NCBI GenBank assembly: GCA_963664405.1
Contig: OY761158.1
Span: 2,176,001-2,240,000 of the forward strand
DNA: 64,000 nucleotides
Origin: Thermoanaerobaculia bacterium
Lineage (GTDB): Bacteria > Acidobacteriota > Thermoanaerobaculia > Multivoradales > Multivoraceae
Direction of reading: 5' to 3'
Below are positions 49,269 through 58,655 of the stretch, piece by piece. Each line of letters starts with the position of its first letter. Position 1 is the first letter of the stretch. A program made the position numbers and the translations under genes. Under the pieces are notes generated by a model. The model did not search any database. It saw nothing but the letters and a program-made list of their open reading frames with translations, and was not told the DNA's origin.

Positions 49269-49533
49269 CCTGAATTCGAGCGAGAGACTATCCCATCCGC
49301 CAGAGCGCCGCCCCCTTTTGTGGATGCCGGGTGTTCAGGGTGCCCCAGATCGTCGCAGCGCAGGAGCGAGGCGACGCAGGCGTACACTCTGGGGCCAGGA
49401 GCGCGGCTGAAAATGAAGCAGCAGCGTCTCGCCGCGTCGAGGTTCTCTAAGACCGCCGAAATCGGCCTGCGCCGTCTCCCGAAGCGAATAGGAAGCAACG
49501 CCCGAGTGCGCCGTCCTCGGCGCCAAGAACAAG

Positions 49534-49571
49534 TAGCTTTCGGAAATGATACTCATCATTTTCGAAAGCTA
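49534..49571 (-). promoter_or_regulatory. Palindrome at gene end: terminator and/or Fur-box-like operator
   Basis: TAGCTTTCGGAAATGAT-ACTC-ATCATTTTCGAAAGCTA. Confidence 0.5.
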
Positions 49572-51815
49572 CGGCTGCCACAGGTAGGTGTACTTGACGA
49601 TCAGCTCTCGTCGGAAGGTTTCACGCGCGGAAAAGGTGGGCGCATCCCAATTCTCGTTGTAGACGACGAAGAGATCGGCCCCTGGTTTGTAGATCCAATT
49701 CAGCCGCACATTGAGGCCGACGAGCTCGGCGGCGTCGTTGTACTGGGCGAAAGTGTTGAGGCGCAGATCGGGAGTGAAGGAGAGGTCGAGGCGTAGGCCG
49801 TAGACGTTGGTCCGAAAGTCGCCTTGGGGCAGCTTGACATCGTTGAAGTTCCACTCCAATTCGCTGCGCAGATGCTTCGACGCGCGAAAGACTGTGGTGA
49901 TGCGGGAGCTCTCCCGCTCACCGTCAAAGAAATCGCCGACATTGAACGAGCCCGAGAGCGAGAGGCGGCGCCCCCCGTTGGTGCCACCCCTCATGTACAC
50001 CGAGTCGAACTCGTAGAGCCCCGGCGGGATGACGATTCCTGGCCGGACCTCGAAGGGCTCGAAGAGCTGCTCGGTCTCGCGCGACCACGCGGCTCGAATG
50101 CGGTCGTCTCCCTTGGTGCGTATGCCGAGCGGATTCAATCTGAGTCTGCGGCTCTCGATCTGACCCGTGCTCTCGCGCTCGAAGTACTCGAGATCGGCAT
50201 CGAGAGTCCAACTACGAATGAAACCGCGATTCACCCGCGGCTCGAATCGGACGGTGGGCCTGTAATAGACGAAGTCGGTGCGCTGGAGAAACCCCATGCC
50301 CGGATCGAAGTTCTTTTGCGCCTGAATGATGTCGACACCGCCTCGCATGTTGCGGGCCGTGAATTGGAAGCCCGACCCGAACGAGCCCGAGTCTTCGCTC
50401 CCCTCGTCGCCTTCACTCTCAGCCCCGAAGAGGTAGAGGCTCGACGTCGTCGTCGGCTTGTAGTCGAGGTCGAGGCCAACCAGACGATTGAAGCCGGCGC
50501 CGCTCGGATCGCGCTCGGTGACGATCATACCAACGCTCGAGCGCTCACCGAGGTTGCGCTTGAGGCGGACGACTCCGAACTGCTCGTCGGGCAGAGGGGA
50601 GCGCCCTTCATCGTCTACCGCGTCGGTACTCACACCCAAAATGCCGATATTCCAGGCGCCGACGCGGCCCGTGAGCCGCCCGCCATAGTCGATGGGAACC
50701 TCCTGGCCCTGATCGAGACCGATACGACGCGAGAAGAATGCCTTCATCAGCGGCGGTCGGGTGCCGCCGCCCTGCGGAGAACCGAAGTCGAAGATCCCCG
50801 CGTTCTCGAGAAAGAACTCACGCTTCTCGGGAAAGAACAACGAGAAGCGGGTGATATTGACCTGCTGCTGGTCGACCTCGACCTGGGCGAAGTCGGTGTT
50901 GTAGGTGAGGTCGAGTACCAGGGAGCGGGTCACACCCCACTTGACGTCGAGGCCGGCATCGACCTCGTCGTCGTGTCGCGGCTCGCTCTGCGGCTCCTCG
51001 CCGACCAGTCCGACCACGAAGGGCTTGACCTCGAGCCGTCGGCCTGGCCGCACCTCGCCGATGCCGGTCAGATCACCTGCGAGCGAGACGAAATGAGCCC
51101 CATACAGCCGGGTCGAAATGCGAATGTAGAGCTCGCGCCCGATGGCAGCCCAGTTGCTCTCTTCATTGGTGCGCCGCACCACCCGCCGGATGTTGAGGCC
51201 CCAGGTATCGTCTCCGGGGTTGAAACGAAGGGTGGAAAAGGGAATCGCGACCTCGGCGAACCAGCCGCGGCTGTCTCTGCGCGTCGCGACCGCCCACACT
51301 CCGTCCCACTCGAGGTTGAAGCCCTTCCCCTCATCGGTGATCAAGGCATCGGTGCGAGCCCCGTTGGGGTTGATCTCGAACTGGAAGCTGTTGCGCTGGT
51401 CGTGGAAGGTATCGAGGACGATCGAGATCGCGTCGTCGCGGCGCCCCAGATCGGCATCGCGCTGCATCTCTTTGGCAACGATGGCGTCGGGCTGCGAGTC
51501 GTAGGCCCGGATGCCGAAGTACAAGGTGCTCGGCGTATAGAGAACCGAGAACTCGGTGGGCTCGGCGGCCGGCCGATTGTCTTCGGGCTCCCTGGCTGCG
51601 AAGCCACCGCCGACCTCCGCCTCGGCCCACGCCGCTTCGCTGAGCTCACCGTCGACAGAGATCGCCCGATCGATGGCGAGAGCCGCCAGGCTCGGGCGAG
51701 GGCTCGAGCTGTTCTGCGCCGACAACTGGACAGCGAACAAAGAGACCAGGGCGATCAACGAAACCGAGCAGCAAGAACGGGTGGACAACAACGTGAACCC
51801 TGAGCCCGAAACCAA
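49569..51815 (-). CDS. CBM9-like/DUF5916 outer-membrane protein, copy 3
   Basis: Same motifs as copies 1 and 2; tandem paralog. Confidence 0.9.
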   Translation of the reverse strand: MVSGSGFTLLSTRSCCSVSLIALVSLFAVQLSAQNSSSPRPSLAALAIDRAISVDGELSEAAWAEAEVGGGFAAREPEDNRPAAEPTEFSVLYTPSTLYFGIRAYDSQPDAIVAKEMQRDADLGRRDDAISIVLDTFHDQRNSFQFEINPNGARTDALITDEGKGFNLEWDGVWAVATRRDSRGWFAEVAIPFSTLRFNPGDDTWGLNIRRVVRRTNEESNWAAIGRELYIRISTRLYGAHFVSLAGDLTGIGEVRPGRRLEVKPFVVGLVGEEPQSEPRHDDEVDAGLDVKWGVTRSLVLDLTYNTDFAQVEVDQQQVNITRFSLFFPEKREFFLENAGIFDFGSPQGGGTRPPLMKAFFSRRIGLDQGQEVPIDYGGRLTGRVGAWNIGILGVSTDAVDDEGRSPLPDEQFGVVRLKRNLGERSSVGMIVTERDPSGAGFNRLVGLDLDYKPTTTSSLYLFGAESEGDEGSEDSGSFGSGFQFTARNMRGGVDIIQAQKNFDPGMGFLQRTDFVYYRPTVRFEPRVNRGFIRSWTLDADLEYFERESTGQIESRRLRLNPLGIRTKGDDRIRAAWSRETEQLFEPFEVRPGIVIPPGLYEFDSVYMRGGTNGGRRLSLSGSFNVGDFFDGERESSRITTVFRASKHLRSELEWNFNDVKLPQGDFRTNVYGLRLDLSFTPDLRLNTFAQYNDAAELVGLNVRLNWIYKPGADLFVVYNENWDAPTFSARETFRRELIVKYTYLWQP

Positions 51816-51839
51816 GTGGAAGGGGGTCGTGCTCCCGAT

Positions 51840-53756
51840 CTAGCCAGCGGGAACGAACCAGATGGGAGAAGACCAGGCGCGCTCCTGCAGCGTAGTGTGC
51901 ATATCCGGATTGGGCTCGGCGCCGACCCGCACCGCATCCCAGGTCGACCAGCGGCAGGTCGGATTCTCCAGAACCCTGACGTAGTAGAAGGCTCGCTGCC
52001 CGGCATCGAAGCTCGGATCGGTCCACAGCGCCTCGAGCTCGGCAGCGCCGAGACCCTCGCTGATACTGCAATCGGAGATATCAACGCTGGCGCCGTTGTC
52101 GGGGCAGCGATGGGCGACGGGATCAGGTGCGCCACCGTCGGAGCAAGCGACGTCGAAGACCTGCTCCCGCGCTTTGCCGTCGTCGCCGACCCAGCCCTTG
52201 ATCACCTGGAGGCGCTGCAGCGCCGCGCTATTCGGACTACGGGTCACCGCGGCGAAGAAGCGGGGCGCCCGCTCGCCTTGCGCGGAGAGATCGGCACCCA
52301 TCGGAACGCCCTCGGCATAGGCCTTGGCGATCCGGTTGCGGTCTTCGAGCAGATCGTCGCCATAGTCATAGCCGGCGAAGAAGCGGACGCGCATCCGAGG
52401 TCCGGTGGTAGCGAAGGTCTCCTTGCGCCGGAAGGCTTCGTAGAGAGCATCGCGCGTATTCTCCTCGGCCCACACGCCGACCAGGGCGGCGGCGCTGAAG
52501 AGGTTGCAACCGAGACAGCTCTCGTGCGCGTAGCGCTGACCGTCGGCGTCCCCGGCACCGTCGACCTCGTCGAGTGGCACAGATCCGCGGCCCTGGGGCG
52601 TTGCATCGATGATGCCGACGCTCGAGTGGTAATTCGACTCTTCGACTGCCGTGGTGCCGTTGTGGGTGTCGGTGGAGCCGATGAGCCCGAAGTGAAAAGG
52701 ATTGAATCCCCGCGCCTCCTCCATCTCGATGCCGTCCAGCAAGGCGCCACGCACGTAGCTGTCGACAGGATCGCTGGCAACCAGAGTGCCGATACGGTAG
52801 GGATAGATCTCGAAATCCGCCCACTCGTCGTTGGGTGACAGCAAGGGATGGGTGTCAGAGGTCCCCTTGTGCTGAGTGATTTCCACCAGCGGCTCGTTAC
52901 GCATTCGAGTCTCGGCGTAGGCCGCGTCGAGGGGCTTGCCGTCAAAGGTCTCGAGCTTGAACATCTGTCCGTTCGAACCGTTGGAGTTGTGAGGAATGGC
53001 CAGCGCCTCTACGCCCTCGTCTCGAAGGCCATCCATCCACGCCCATAGGTCCTCCGGATTCGGGGAGTCGAGGCGGCTGAAGGGGAGATCGGGCGCCTCG
53101 CTGCCGCGAAAGATCACGTTGCGGTGGAGGTTCTGGCCCTCTGGGCTGGTGGTGTACTCGTAGGCGATAAAGGTCGTGAACTTACCAGGCTCGTTGTGCC
53201 GCTCGGCGGCCGCAACATTCTCCTTCCAGGCCGAGCGCACGACGTCCAGGTCGAGGATACCGACGTGGCCTTCTTCACTCATGTACGGCCGGATACCCTG
53301 AAACGCCGCCAGCTTCTCGGCGGCAGTCTCGGCAGTGACGAAGGACTCGGCGATATCGAGCTTCGACACCTCGGTCGTCGGGTCCGCCATAGCCGGCAGC
53401 ATGCCGAGGAAAACGGCGTGATCGGTCACGGCGTAGAAGTCGAGCGGCCCGTCTCCTAGCCGCACTTCGAAGCCCAGAGGATGGACCAGCGCCGCCCCCT
53501 TGGCGTAGCGGTAGGCGTCGTCGGGTGTCGCCGTCGTGCCGATGATGAAAGCGTCGAAAGAGTTGCGGGTATGAATGTGAAGATCGCCGAAGTAGGCATT
53601 GCGAAGAGGGTTGGGCGGTGAGGGAGCTGAGGTTTCCGATACGGCTTGCCCTCCCTCGAGTTCGGTCGACTGGGCTCCGGGGTCGCCGGGGGAACAAGCG
53701 ACGCCAATCGCCAGAGCGACAAGCATCATGTGTGCAGGACCGAAACGGACGAGCAT
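51840..53756 (-). CDS. DUF3604 domain lipoprotein (PHP-fold metallohydrolase-like)
   Basis: GVAC lipobox, FGDLHIHT, TDH, PHNSN, STDTHN, QERAWSSPIW; GAGGAGG RBS before ATG 53756. Confidence 0.9.
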   Translation of the reverse strand: MLVRFGPAHMMLVALAIGVACSPGDPGAQSTELEGGQAVSETSAPSPPNPLRNAYFGDLHIHTRNSFDAFIIGTTATPDDAYRYAKGAALVHPLGFEVRLGDGPLDFYAVTDHAVFLGMLPAMADPTTEVSKLDIAESFVTAETAAEKLAAFQGIRPYMSEEGHVGILDLDVVRSAWKENVAAAERHNEPGKFTTFIAYEYTTSPEGQNLHRNVIFRGSEAPDLPFSRLDSPNPEDLWAWMDGLRDEGVEALAIPHNSNGSNGQMFKLETFDGKPLDAAYAETRMRNEPLVEITQHKGTSDTHPLLSPNDEWADFEIYPYRIGTLVASDPVDSYVRGALLDGIEMEEARGFNPFHFGLIGSTDTHNGTTAVEESNYHSSVGIIDATPQGRGSVPLDEVDGAGDADGQRYAHESCLGCNLFSAAALVGVWAEENTRDALYEAFRRKETFATTGPRMRVRFFAGYDYGDDLLEDRNRIAKAYAEGVPMGADLSAQGERAPRFFAAVTRSPNSAALQRLQVIKGWVGDDGKAREQVFDVACSDGGAPDPVAHRCPDNGASVDISDCSISEGLGAAELEALWTDPSFDAGQRAFYYVRVLENPTCRWSTWDAVRVGAEPNPDMHTTLQERAWSSPIWFVPAG

Positions 53757-53894
53757 GGTCGATCTCCTCCTCGAAACAGCATACCGGTGGCTGAGATCGA
53801 AGGCTATCTCACAGCGAACGGCGGAAGCAGAGACGATAGCGAGCAGGAGTAGAGCAGAGAGGCTCCCATTCACGAAAGCCATGGCGCTGGCCCT

Positions 53895-54203
53895 TCAGCC
53901 TGCTAACAGCCACCACCACAGCGCTGCCATGCACGTCAACGGTACGAGCACAAGCAGAGCAACAAAGGTAAAGCCGAGCGCCCAACTGCGACGGAAGCCG
54001 GCCTCCACAGACCTTCCCAGACGACGAGACCTGGGAAACCAGAGGGTCTCGGCGGAAGCTGCCATCCCCGGAAACATCCGCCGTAGAAGCGGGTACGGTG
54101 GGGCTCCGCCACCGGCAGATGCGATCAACAGCCAGCTGTAGACGAGGGCGTAGCCCAGATACCAGACAAGATAGGCAGTGAGGAGGGCTAACAGGATCAG
54201 CAA
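53895..54203 (-). CDS. Small hypothetical membrane protein (possibly a remnant)
   Basis: Hydrophobic helices; hydrophobic reading continues past the TGA; weak start. Confidence 0.35.
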   Translation of the reverse strand: MLILLALLTAYLVWYLGYALVYSWLLIASAGGGAPPYPLLRRMFPGMAASAETLWFPRSRRLGRSVEAGFRRSWALGFTFVALLVLVPLTCMAALWWWLLAG

Positions 54204-54314
54204 TATACTACCTCCGCCTCACCCAACTCGACGGAGGCCGCGCCTGATCCAGCCCCTTCTGGGTTGGCCGCAAGTCGAGCGGGGCGCATTAGCCCCGCCC
54301 GACACGGCAGGACG

Positions 54315-55110
54315 TTACTGCGTCGGAATGTTGCTCAGCTCCGGCACATAGGCGAACAGCTGCGCCGAGGCAGTCGCCAGCTCGGAAGCCTTGTCCCCCA
54401 GCTGGGCCGCCCCTTGTAGACCGAAGGCATCGATCGAGACTTCGCGAGGCGTCGCCATACCGTCCATGTCGCCCCACTTGGACAGCGAGATGAAGAAGGA
54501 GTATTCGAAATCCTCGCCGCCGACGACCGTGTTGTAGCCGACACTAGCGGGTGCCTTGGGATTCTCGCGGGTCGCGCCGACATACTTGGCAGCAACCTGG
54601 TTGAACTCGGCCACGCTTTCTGCAGGGATCTGGTAACCGACATGCAGCACCATCGGAGGAGGCGCCATCGCTGGCTGCGACGGCATCTTGCTCAACTGCG
54701 GCATGAACTTGAGGACACGCGTGGTGGAGTCGGCACTCGAGGTCAGCGACTCCAAGACCTGGCCGCCTTTCTCGGGGCCAAGCTCCGCGATCAGAAGCCC
54801 CGGCAAGTCCAGATTGTCCATCTCCCCGAGACTCTGCATGGCGATGAAGTGGTTGTACACAGCTCCCTCGCCGGTCACGTTGACGAAGGTGGCAAAGTTG
54901 GAACCGTTCTCGCTGCTCTTGTTCGCCGCGACGACCTGAGCTATAGCCAGCGCATAGGTCGAGCCCATGCCGGGCTTGATCTCAGAGCTCACGACATAGA
55001 AAAAGGGGAATGCCCCACCGTCCTGGGCCAGGGACGGGGCAACTGCACCCAAAGCGAGTGCAAAGAACGCGACCGAGATCACTAACTGCTGCAAAAAACC
55101 TCTTTCTCAT
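54315..55110 (-). CDS. Secreted two-repeat hypothetical protein; apparent frameshift in a T6 run near the start
   Basis: ATG AGA AAG AGG TTTTTT GCAG: removing one T joins ATG 55110 (GAAAGGA RBS) to the signal peptide LQQLVISVAFFALALG. Confidence 0.7.
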
Positions 55111-55303
55111 CTCATCATCCTTTCCATCCCTCGCAGGACGCGTTTTCAAAGAAAACAAAACACACGAGCACACCGAGAGCGCTCGCTCCCCCCAAAAATA
55201 GCCAATTTGAGCACCTGAAAGCTCCCCCATGGTGCAGCCCACGAGGGCGGAAGTCAAGCTCGTGCGGAGTGCCTGCTATCTAAGGACCTGGGAGGCGCTA
55301 TCG

Positions 55304-56272
55304 CTAAGGACGCAGACGACCGATCGCCTCACCCAGCCGCAGTGGACTCCCCAGCAGATGAAAATCGATCTCGATCTCGCCAGGCGGCGTCAGCATCACG
55401 ATCGTCGAGCCGAACTCGAAATAGCCCCACTCCTCGCCGCGATCGAAAGTCGGACCGCCTTCGCCGAGGTCGCGGCGAGCAGCAACAGCGCCGCTTTCGT
55501 TGGTCGTCATTTCATCGAAGCCGAGGCGAACACTACCGACCATGGTTGCGCCGACGGCAACGAGAGCGATCGAGCTTTCCTCGGGCCGCGCGCGCTCCTT
55601 CCCTGGGCTGTCCGAGACCAGTTCCAAGTACGCACAGATCCGCTCATTGCGGGCAAAAAGGGCATCAATTCCCCGCAAGCCGATCGAGTTGACCGGCCAC
55701 AGAGCGCCCGGGTGGTAGTCGAGTCGTGTGAAACGACCGGCGGTCGGGGTGTGGAAACGATGGTAGTGGCGCGGAGAAAGATAGAAGGTCGCATAGCAGC
55801 CGCCCTCGTAGGCAGCCGCCATCCTCTCGTCTCTGAGCAGATCCGCAACACGATACCTGCGCCCCTTCACCTGAAGCATCGTTCCCGACTCGATTCGACC
55901 CGACTCCCCCCAGGTGCCATCGCAGGGCGCGACAAGGCAGTTCCGGTCGCCCTCGATCGGTCGCACTCCAGCGCGCAAGGCACGAGTAAAGAAGTGCTGA
56001 AGCGACGCGAATGCCTCGATCCCGTCTCGCATCTCCGAGAGATCCACTCCCGCCAGCCGCGCGAACAGGCGAATCTCGCCACGCTGAAGCGGCCCGGGCA
56101 GTGGAATAGAAACCAACCGCCCTATCAATCGGGACATCGCGTTCTTGGGGAGCAGGTGAAGCAGAACCAACAGAGCACGGCCAGCACCCCGCAACGGAGT
56201 TGGCTGGCTCGAAGAGCTCGTTGGCTTTAGGTCCTCGCCCAGGTCGGTCGTTCGAGGGGTACCGTCTTCCAT
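55304..56272 (-). CDS. psd: Phosphatidylserine decarboxylase
   Basis: FFTRALR, APCDG, YLSPRHYHRFH, NER, FEFGSTIV self-cleavage motif. Confidence 0.92.
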   Translation of the reverse strand: MEDGTPRTTDLGEDLKPTSSSSQPTPLRGAGRALLVLLHLLPKNAMSRLIGRLVSIPLPGPLQRGEIRLFARLAGVDLSEMRDGIEAFASLQHFFTRALRAGVRPIEGDRNCLVAPCDGTWGESGRIESGTMLQVKGRRYRVADLLRDERMAAAYEGGCYATFYLSPRHYHRFHTPTAGRFTRLDYHPGALWPVNSIGLRGIDALFARNERICAYLELVSDSPGKERARPEESSIALVAVGATMVGSVRLGFDEMTTNESGAVAARRDLGEGGPTFDRGEEWGYFEFGSTIVMLTPPGEIEIDFHLLGSPLRLGEAIGRLRP

Positions 56273-56287
56273 CTCTCGCCCCTGATA

Positions 56288-56453
56288 CTAGACCAGCGTT
56301 TCCAAAGTTCGCGCCACCTATCTCGGCCCCTTCTGCCCGCTGGCAGCGTTGCACCTCCTCGACAGATTCCCAATATGCCTGCGTCGGCGCGCCTTGCCAG
56401 CGAACAGAATGACCTCGAGCTATGCGACTCGAACTTCGGAAACGCTGGTCTAG
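56288..56453. mobile_element. Family A CTAG element (166 bp)
   Basis: CTAGACCAGCGTTTCC(A/G)AAGTTCG inverted arms; shared core. Confidence 0.82.
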
Positions 56454-56496
56454 CGAAGCGGCAAGATGGCTGGAGCAGCGTGTCGAAGGAGCCGCT

Positions 56497-57390
56497 TCAG
56501 AACTTTCCGCTTGGCGCCAAGCGGCCAAGGAGCTCGAGATCGGGACCACGCTGGCCGGCCTGAAGAGCCTGGACACAGACGTGGTCCGCGCCGGCCGCAT
56601 AGTGGGCGTCGATCCGGTCGTGGATCGCGCTTTCGTCACCCCAGGCAACCAGCGCATCCACGAGGTGGTCGCTCTTGGCGTCCATCTCTTCGGTGGTGAA
56701 GCCGAGGCGCTCGAGATTGTTGCGATAGCCCGGTGCGGTGAGGTACGAGGAGATCGCCTTGCGTCCCACTTCGCGAGCCACGGCGGCATCCGACTCCAGT
56801 AGAACCATCTGCTCGGTGCACAGCCAGGGCCCTTCCCCCAGAATGCCGCGCGCAAGAGCCGTGTGCTCGGGCGGCACGAGAAAGGGGATCGCTCCACGCG
56901 TACGCTTCGCCGCTAGGCCGAGCATGAGGGGGCCCAGCGAGCCGAGAACGATCGGAGCGTCGTGCTCCGGCTCGGCGCCGCGGTAGAGAGCCTTCTCCAT
57001 CGCTTCCAGATAGCCGCGCATCGCCGGCAGCGGCTTTTTGTACTCGTGTCCGCGAACGCCTGAGACGAGAACCGGACTCGACACTCCTAGCCCGAGGATG
57101 AAACGTCCTGGCGCCGCAAGGGCCATCGTCTTCGCCCCCGAGTTCATAGTCAGCGCGTCACGAGCGTAAATGTTGGCAATGCCTGTCGCCAAGATCAGAC
57201 GCTCGGTGCGAGCGGCGAGATATCCCAGCTGAACGAAGGGGTCGCCGCCCACTGCCTCGGGCAGCCACAGGGTGCTGTAGCCACCCTTCTCGATACGGCC
57301 CGCCAGAGTCGCGAGGTCTTCCGGGGACAGCGTTCCCCCACCGAGAAAGACGCCAAGGCGGCCGGGATGCTCTGGTGCTGTACTCATCAT
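56497..57390 (-). CDS. LLM-class (probable F420-dependent, MSMEG_4141-like) oxidoreductase
   Basis: LWLPE, ATGIANIYARD, GRFILGLGVS, HYAAGADHVCVQ. Confidence 0.88.
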   Translation of the reverse strand: MMSTAPEHPGRLGVFLGGGTLSPEDLATLAGRIEKGGYSTLWLPEAVGGDPFVQLGYLAARTERLILATGIANIYARDALTMNSGAKTMALAAPGRFILGLGVSSPVLVSGVRGHEYKKPLPAMRGYLEAMEKALYRGAEPEHDAPIVLGSLGPLMLGLAAKRTRGAIPFLVPPEHTALARGILGEGPWLCTEQMVLLESDAAVAREVGRKAISSYLTAPGYRNNLERLGFTTEEMDAKSDHLVDALVAWGDESAIHDRIDAHYAAGADHVCVQALQAGQRGPDLELLGRLAPSGKF

Positions 57391-57541
57391 GTCCTCCCGT
57401 TTCAGCGCAGCAGATCTACCGATGAGGGCCGACTTTACGACGCGAGTACGGCCTTGAACAAGGCCGCTTCGACGAGCCTCAGCGGGCCCCAAGCGTGGCC
57501 GTCGTAGAATGGTCGCACTCGCGCGGGCAACCGCGACCGAA

Positions 57542-58624
57542 ATGCCAAATACCTCTCCTATTCCCGAAAACATGATCCAAGAGATGCCGGACGACGGCGT
57601 CATCGAGGCGATCGAGAGCTGCTTCGACGCCGGCTGGACCGACGGTCTGCCTGTCGTACCGCCCTCGAGGCCGGCTGTCGAGGCGATGCTCGCGGCGGGC
57701 CCATGGAAGGCGGACGAGATTCTGCTCGTCGAGCCGGTCCGCGACCGCCAGGTCTCGGCACTCAAGATCGCAGCGAACGCGGTCATGGCGGGCTGTCGCC
57801 CCGAATATTTCCCTGTCGTCGGCGCCGTTTTCCAGGCGATGAGCGACCCCAGATTCAACTTGCATATGCCCGCCACTTCGACCGGGGGGGCCGCCATCGT
57901 CACCGTGGTCAACGGCCCGATCCGCGATCGACTCGCCATTCACTACAAAGAGAATCTTCTCGGCCCCGGCTTTCGTGCCAATGCCACGATCGGTCGCTGC
58001 GTTCGGCTCGTCCTCCGCAACTGCCTCAGCGTCATCCCCGGCACCCTCGACAAGTCCACTCAGGGCTGGCCCGGCAAATACTCCTGCTGTTTCGGCGAGG
58101 ACGAGAGCGCGAGCCCCTGGGAGCCCTTCCACGTCGCCAACGGCTTTGAGGCGGAACAGTCGACGGTCACCATCTTCGCGGGTGAGGGCTGTCACAACCT
58201 CCTCAACCACGGCTCGGCGGACGCCGAGGGCCTACTGATGACTTTCGCCGACAGCATGGCTGCGGCGGGCTCCTTCAGCCCCGGGCCTTCGCTCATCGTG
58301 GTCGCTCCGGAGCATGCCAAGAAGCTCGAGGACTGGGATCGCACGCAAGTTCAGGAGTTTCTCTACGAAAACGCCTGTAGAACCCTCGCCGACTTGAAGA
58401 GGCTGGGCAAGTGCGAGGCCGACGACGGAGCCGCCACCTACTGGGTGCGCTCCGGCCTGACGCCCCTCCCCGGAGATGAAGAAAAGATCATTCACCGTGG
58501 CCAGTCGCCCGAAGACATCTACCTCTTCGTCGGTGGTGGCGACGCGGGCGGTCATTCCGCCTTCTTCCCCAGCTGGAGTCGAGGCCCCAGCGTGCCTGCC
58601 ATCACCTACCCCATTCCCGGCTGA
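57542..58624 (+). CDS. Conserved partner protein of UGSC (seleno)proteins
   Basis: GWTDGLPVVPP, KIAANAVMAGC.PEYFPVV, GFRANATIGR, ESASPWEPFHV motifs. Confidence 0.85.
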   Translation: MPNTSPIPENMIQEMPDDGVIEAIESCFDAGWTDGLPVVPPSRPAVEAMLAAGPWKADEILLVEPVRDRQVSALKIAANAVMAGCRPEYFPVVGAVFQAMSDPRFNLHMPATSTGGAAIVTVVNGPIRDRLAIHYKENLLGPGFRANATIGRCVRLVLRNCLSVIPGTLDKSTQGWPGKYSCCFGEDESASPWEPFHVANGFEAEQSTVTIFAGEGCHNLLNHGSADAEGLLMTFADSMAAAGSFSPGPSLIVVAPEHAKKLEDWDRTQVQEFLYENACRTLADLKRLGKCEADDGAATYWVRSGLTPLPGDEEKIIHRGQSPEDIYLFVGGGDAGGHSAFFPSWSRGPSVPAITYPIPG

Positions 58625-58655
58625 TTGCTCTTCGTTGAGCCCAAGGAGTCCGAAC

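Noticed and set aside
44832-51803. Long plus-strand ORFs (690, 410 and 659 aa), and similarly 30038-31594 and 25957-27183 on the minus strand
   Set aside because: Antisense shadows of well-supported genes, expected in high-GC DNA; no recognisable motifs
53880-53897. In-frame TGA between the small membrane ORF and the frame leading into DUF3604, as a third selenocysteine
   Set aside because: Hydrophobic TM context, no redox motif and no CAGTTTG-type hairpin; more likely a true stop or a TGG-to-TGA nonsense change
9596-56453. Palindromic repeats as a CRISPR array
   Set aside because: Copies are dispersed, with no regular repeat-spacer period and no cas genes
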